Shown here: piece by piece, positions 43,879 to 44,517 of the stretch
Numbering within the stretch: position 1 is the first letter of the stretch
How the letters are laid out: each line of letters begins with the position of its first letter
Sequence record: OR594183
Strand: one strand, 5' to 3'
Origin: Escherichia phage vB_EcoM_SHAK7858
DNA: 44,517 bases
The notes under the pieces: model-generated
The model's database searches: none
What the model was told of the DNA's origin: nothing
Seen by the model: the letters and a program-made list of their open reading frames with translations, nothing else
Made by a program: the position numbers and the translations under genes

Positions 43879-43970
43879 ACATCCCGCCCAATCCCCTTAT
43901 ATAATCCCTTTAGACGCGTAGGGCGCGTCTGGTGCGCTCTGATGGTCAGACGCATATGCAAGGGGATTCT

Positions 43971-44480
43971 ATGAAGCTGAAACTTAAGCAGCCATCGCCA
44001 GAGGTGGTACAAGCTGCACATGAAGAAGCTGTTAGCGCAAACCGTCGCCGTAAACGACCGCGCGGTAAACAGAGCCTTTATCAATCATCCCGTAATTCTG
44101 CGGCATTGTGGGACCCGGACTACTGTGACGCGTTAATCGAGTTCTTCGACCGCACGTCGTGGGAGCTTGTGCCTACGTCTAAGGGTGACGAACGCCCGCT
44201 GATTCAGGATAAACCACCGTCACTGGCCCGCTTCGCCTTACACATCGGAGTCACTATCCCGATTATTAAGCTTTGGCTGCGTGAGATTCCCGCATTTGCA
44301 GAAGCCTGGGAGACAGCACAGGCGCTGGAAGAGGCATACTTCACTGAAACGGGGGCCGCGGGCATCTCTGCTACGTTTGCTGCCGCGAAACTGGGCCTGA
44401 ATAAAACAGTTGTCGCCGAAGAAGTACGCGACGAGCCAATCAGCGAAGTAACAATTAAGGTGGTGTCCGGTGAACGTTAA
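43971..44480 (+). CDS. Terminase small subunit (putative)
   Basis: 169 aa ORF immediately upstream of and overlapping the large terminase start, with a basic N-terminus and helical DNA-binding-like segment. Start could also be 43932 or 43956. Confidence 0.55.
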   Translation: MKLKLKQPSPEVVQAAHEEAVSANRRRKRPRGKQSLYQSSRNSAALWDPDYCDALIEFFDRTSWELVPTSKGDERPLIQDKPPSLARFALHIGVTIPIIKLWLREIPAFAEAWETAQALEEAYFTETGAAGISATFAAAKLGLNKTVVAEEVRDEPISEVTIKVVSGER

Positions 44481-44517
44481 TATCACGGCAACGGAGCCGC
44501 AAGGCGCGTTTCTCGGT
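44470..44517 (+). CDS. 5' end of the large terminase gene (GTG start), continuing in frame into position 1
   Basis: GTG preceded by SD aaggtgg; frame opens after a TAA at 44449-44451, runs to the last base of the window and is in phase with the ORF starting at position 1. Confidence 0.5.
   Translation, partial: MNVNITATEPQGAFLG

Noticed and set aside
1-44517. Lysogeny module (integrase, excisionase, attachment site)
   Set aside because: No integrase or recombinase-like ORF found on either strand; the small HTH proteins and the operator-like region are compatible with temporal regulation in a virulent phage, so a temperate lifestyle is not supported.
1-44517. tRNA genes and CRISPR arrays
   Set aside because: No cloverleaf-compatible sequence was recognised in the intergenic regions read, and no array of regularly spaced direct repeats exists; the only repeats are the promoter-associated elements reported above.

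Overview
The window reads as a complete or near-complete genome (44.5 kb) of a tailed dsDNA phage with a long non-contractile-tail (siphovirus-like) gene order, linearised inside the large terminase gene. All calls are from reading the sequence and ORF track by eye; no database search, HMM or folding was run, so functions rest on remembered family motifs and gene order, and non-ORF coordinates are approximate (+/- 2 nt). Layout: (i) a + strand late block from 43971 across the window junction to 24187: terminase small/large, portal, Mu-F-like head protein, scaffold, major capsid, neck and tail genes, a 779-aa tape measure, J-like tip protein and a tailspike/fibre; (ii) a - strand replication block (24227-36120): family-A DNA polymerase, Cas4-like PD-(D/E)XK nuclease, SSB-like protein, VRR-NUC, SNF2 helicase, Toprim protein and a primase/RecA-like ATPase; (iii) a + strand block of small genes (36600-43794) ending in holin, an HNH homing endonuclease and a lysozyme. 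No integrase, tRNA or CRISPR array was seen. The most unusual content is a reverse-strand enzyme cassette (P-loop kinase, HAD phosphatase, HTH-fused Mre11-like phosphoesterase, Imm-like membrane protein) inserted between the major tail and tail-chaperone genes. Also notable are a duplicated 143-bp promoter-leader element at two distant loci and a recurrent palindrome embedded in at least seven early-type promoters, with a divergent switch-like region around a small Cro-like HTH gene.
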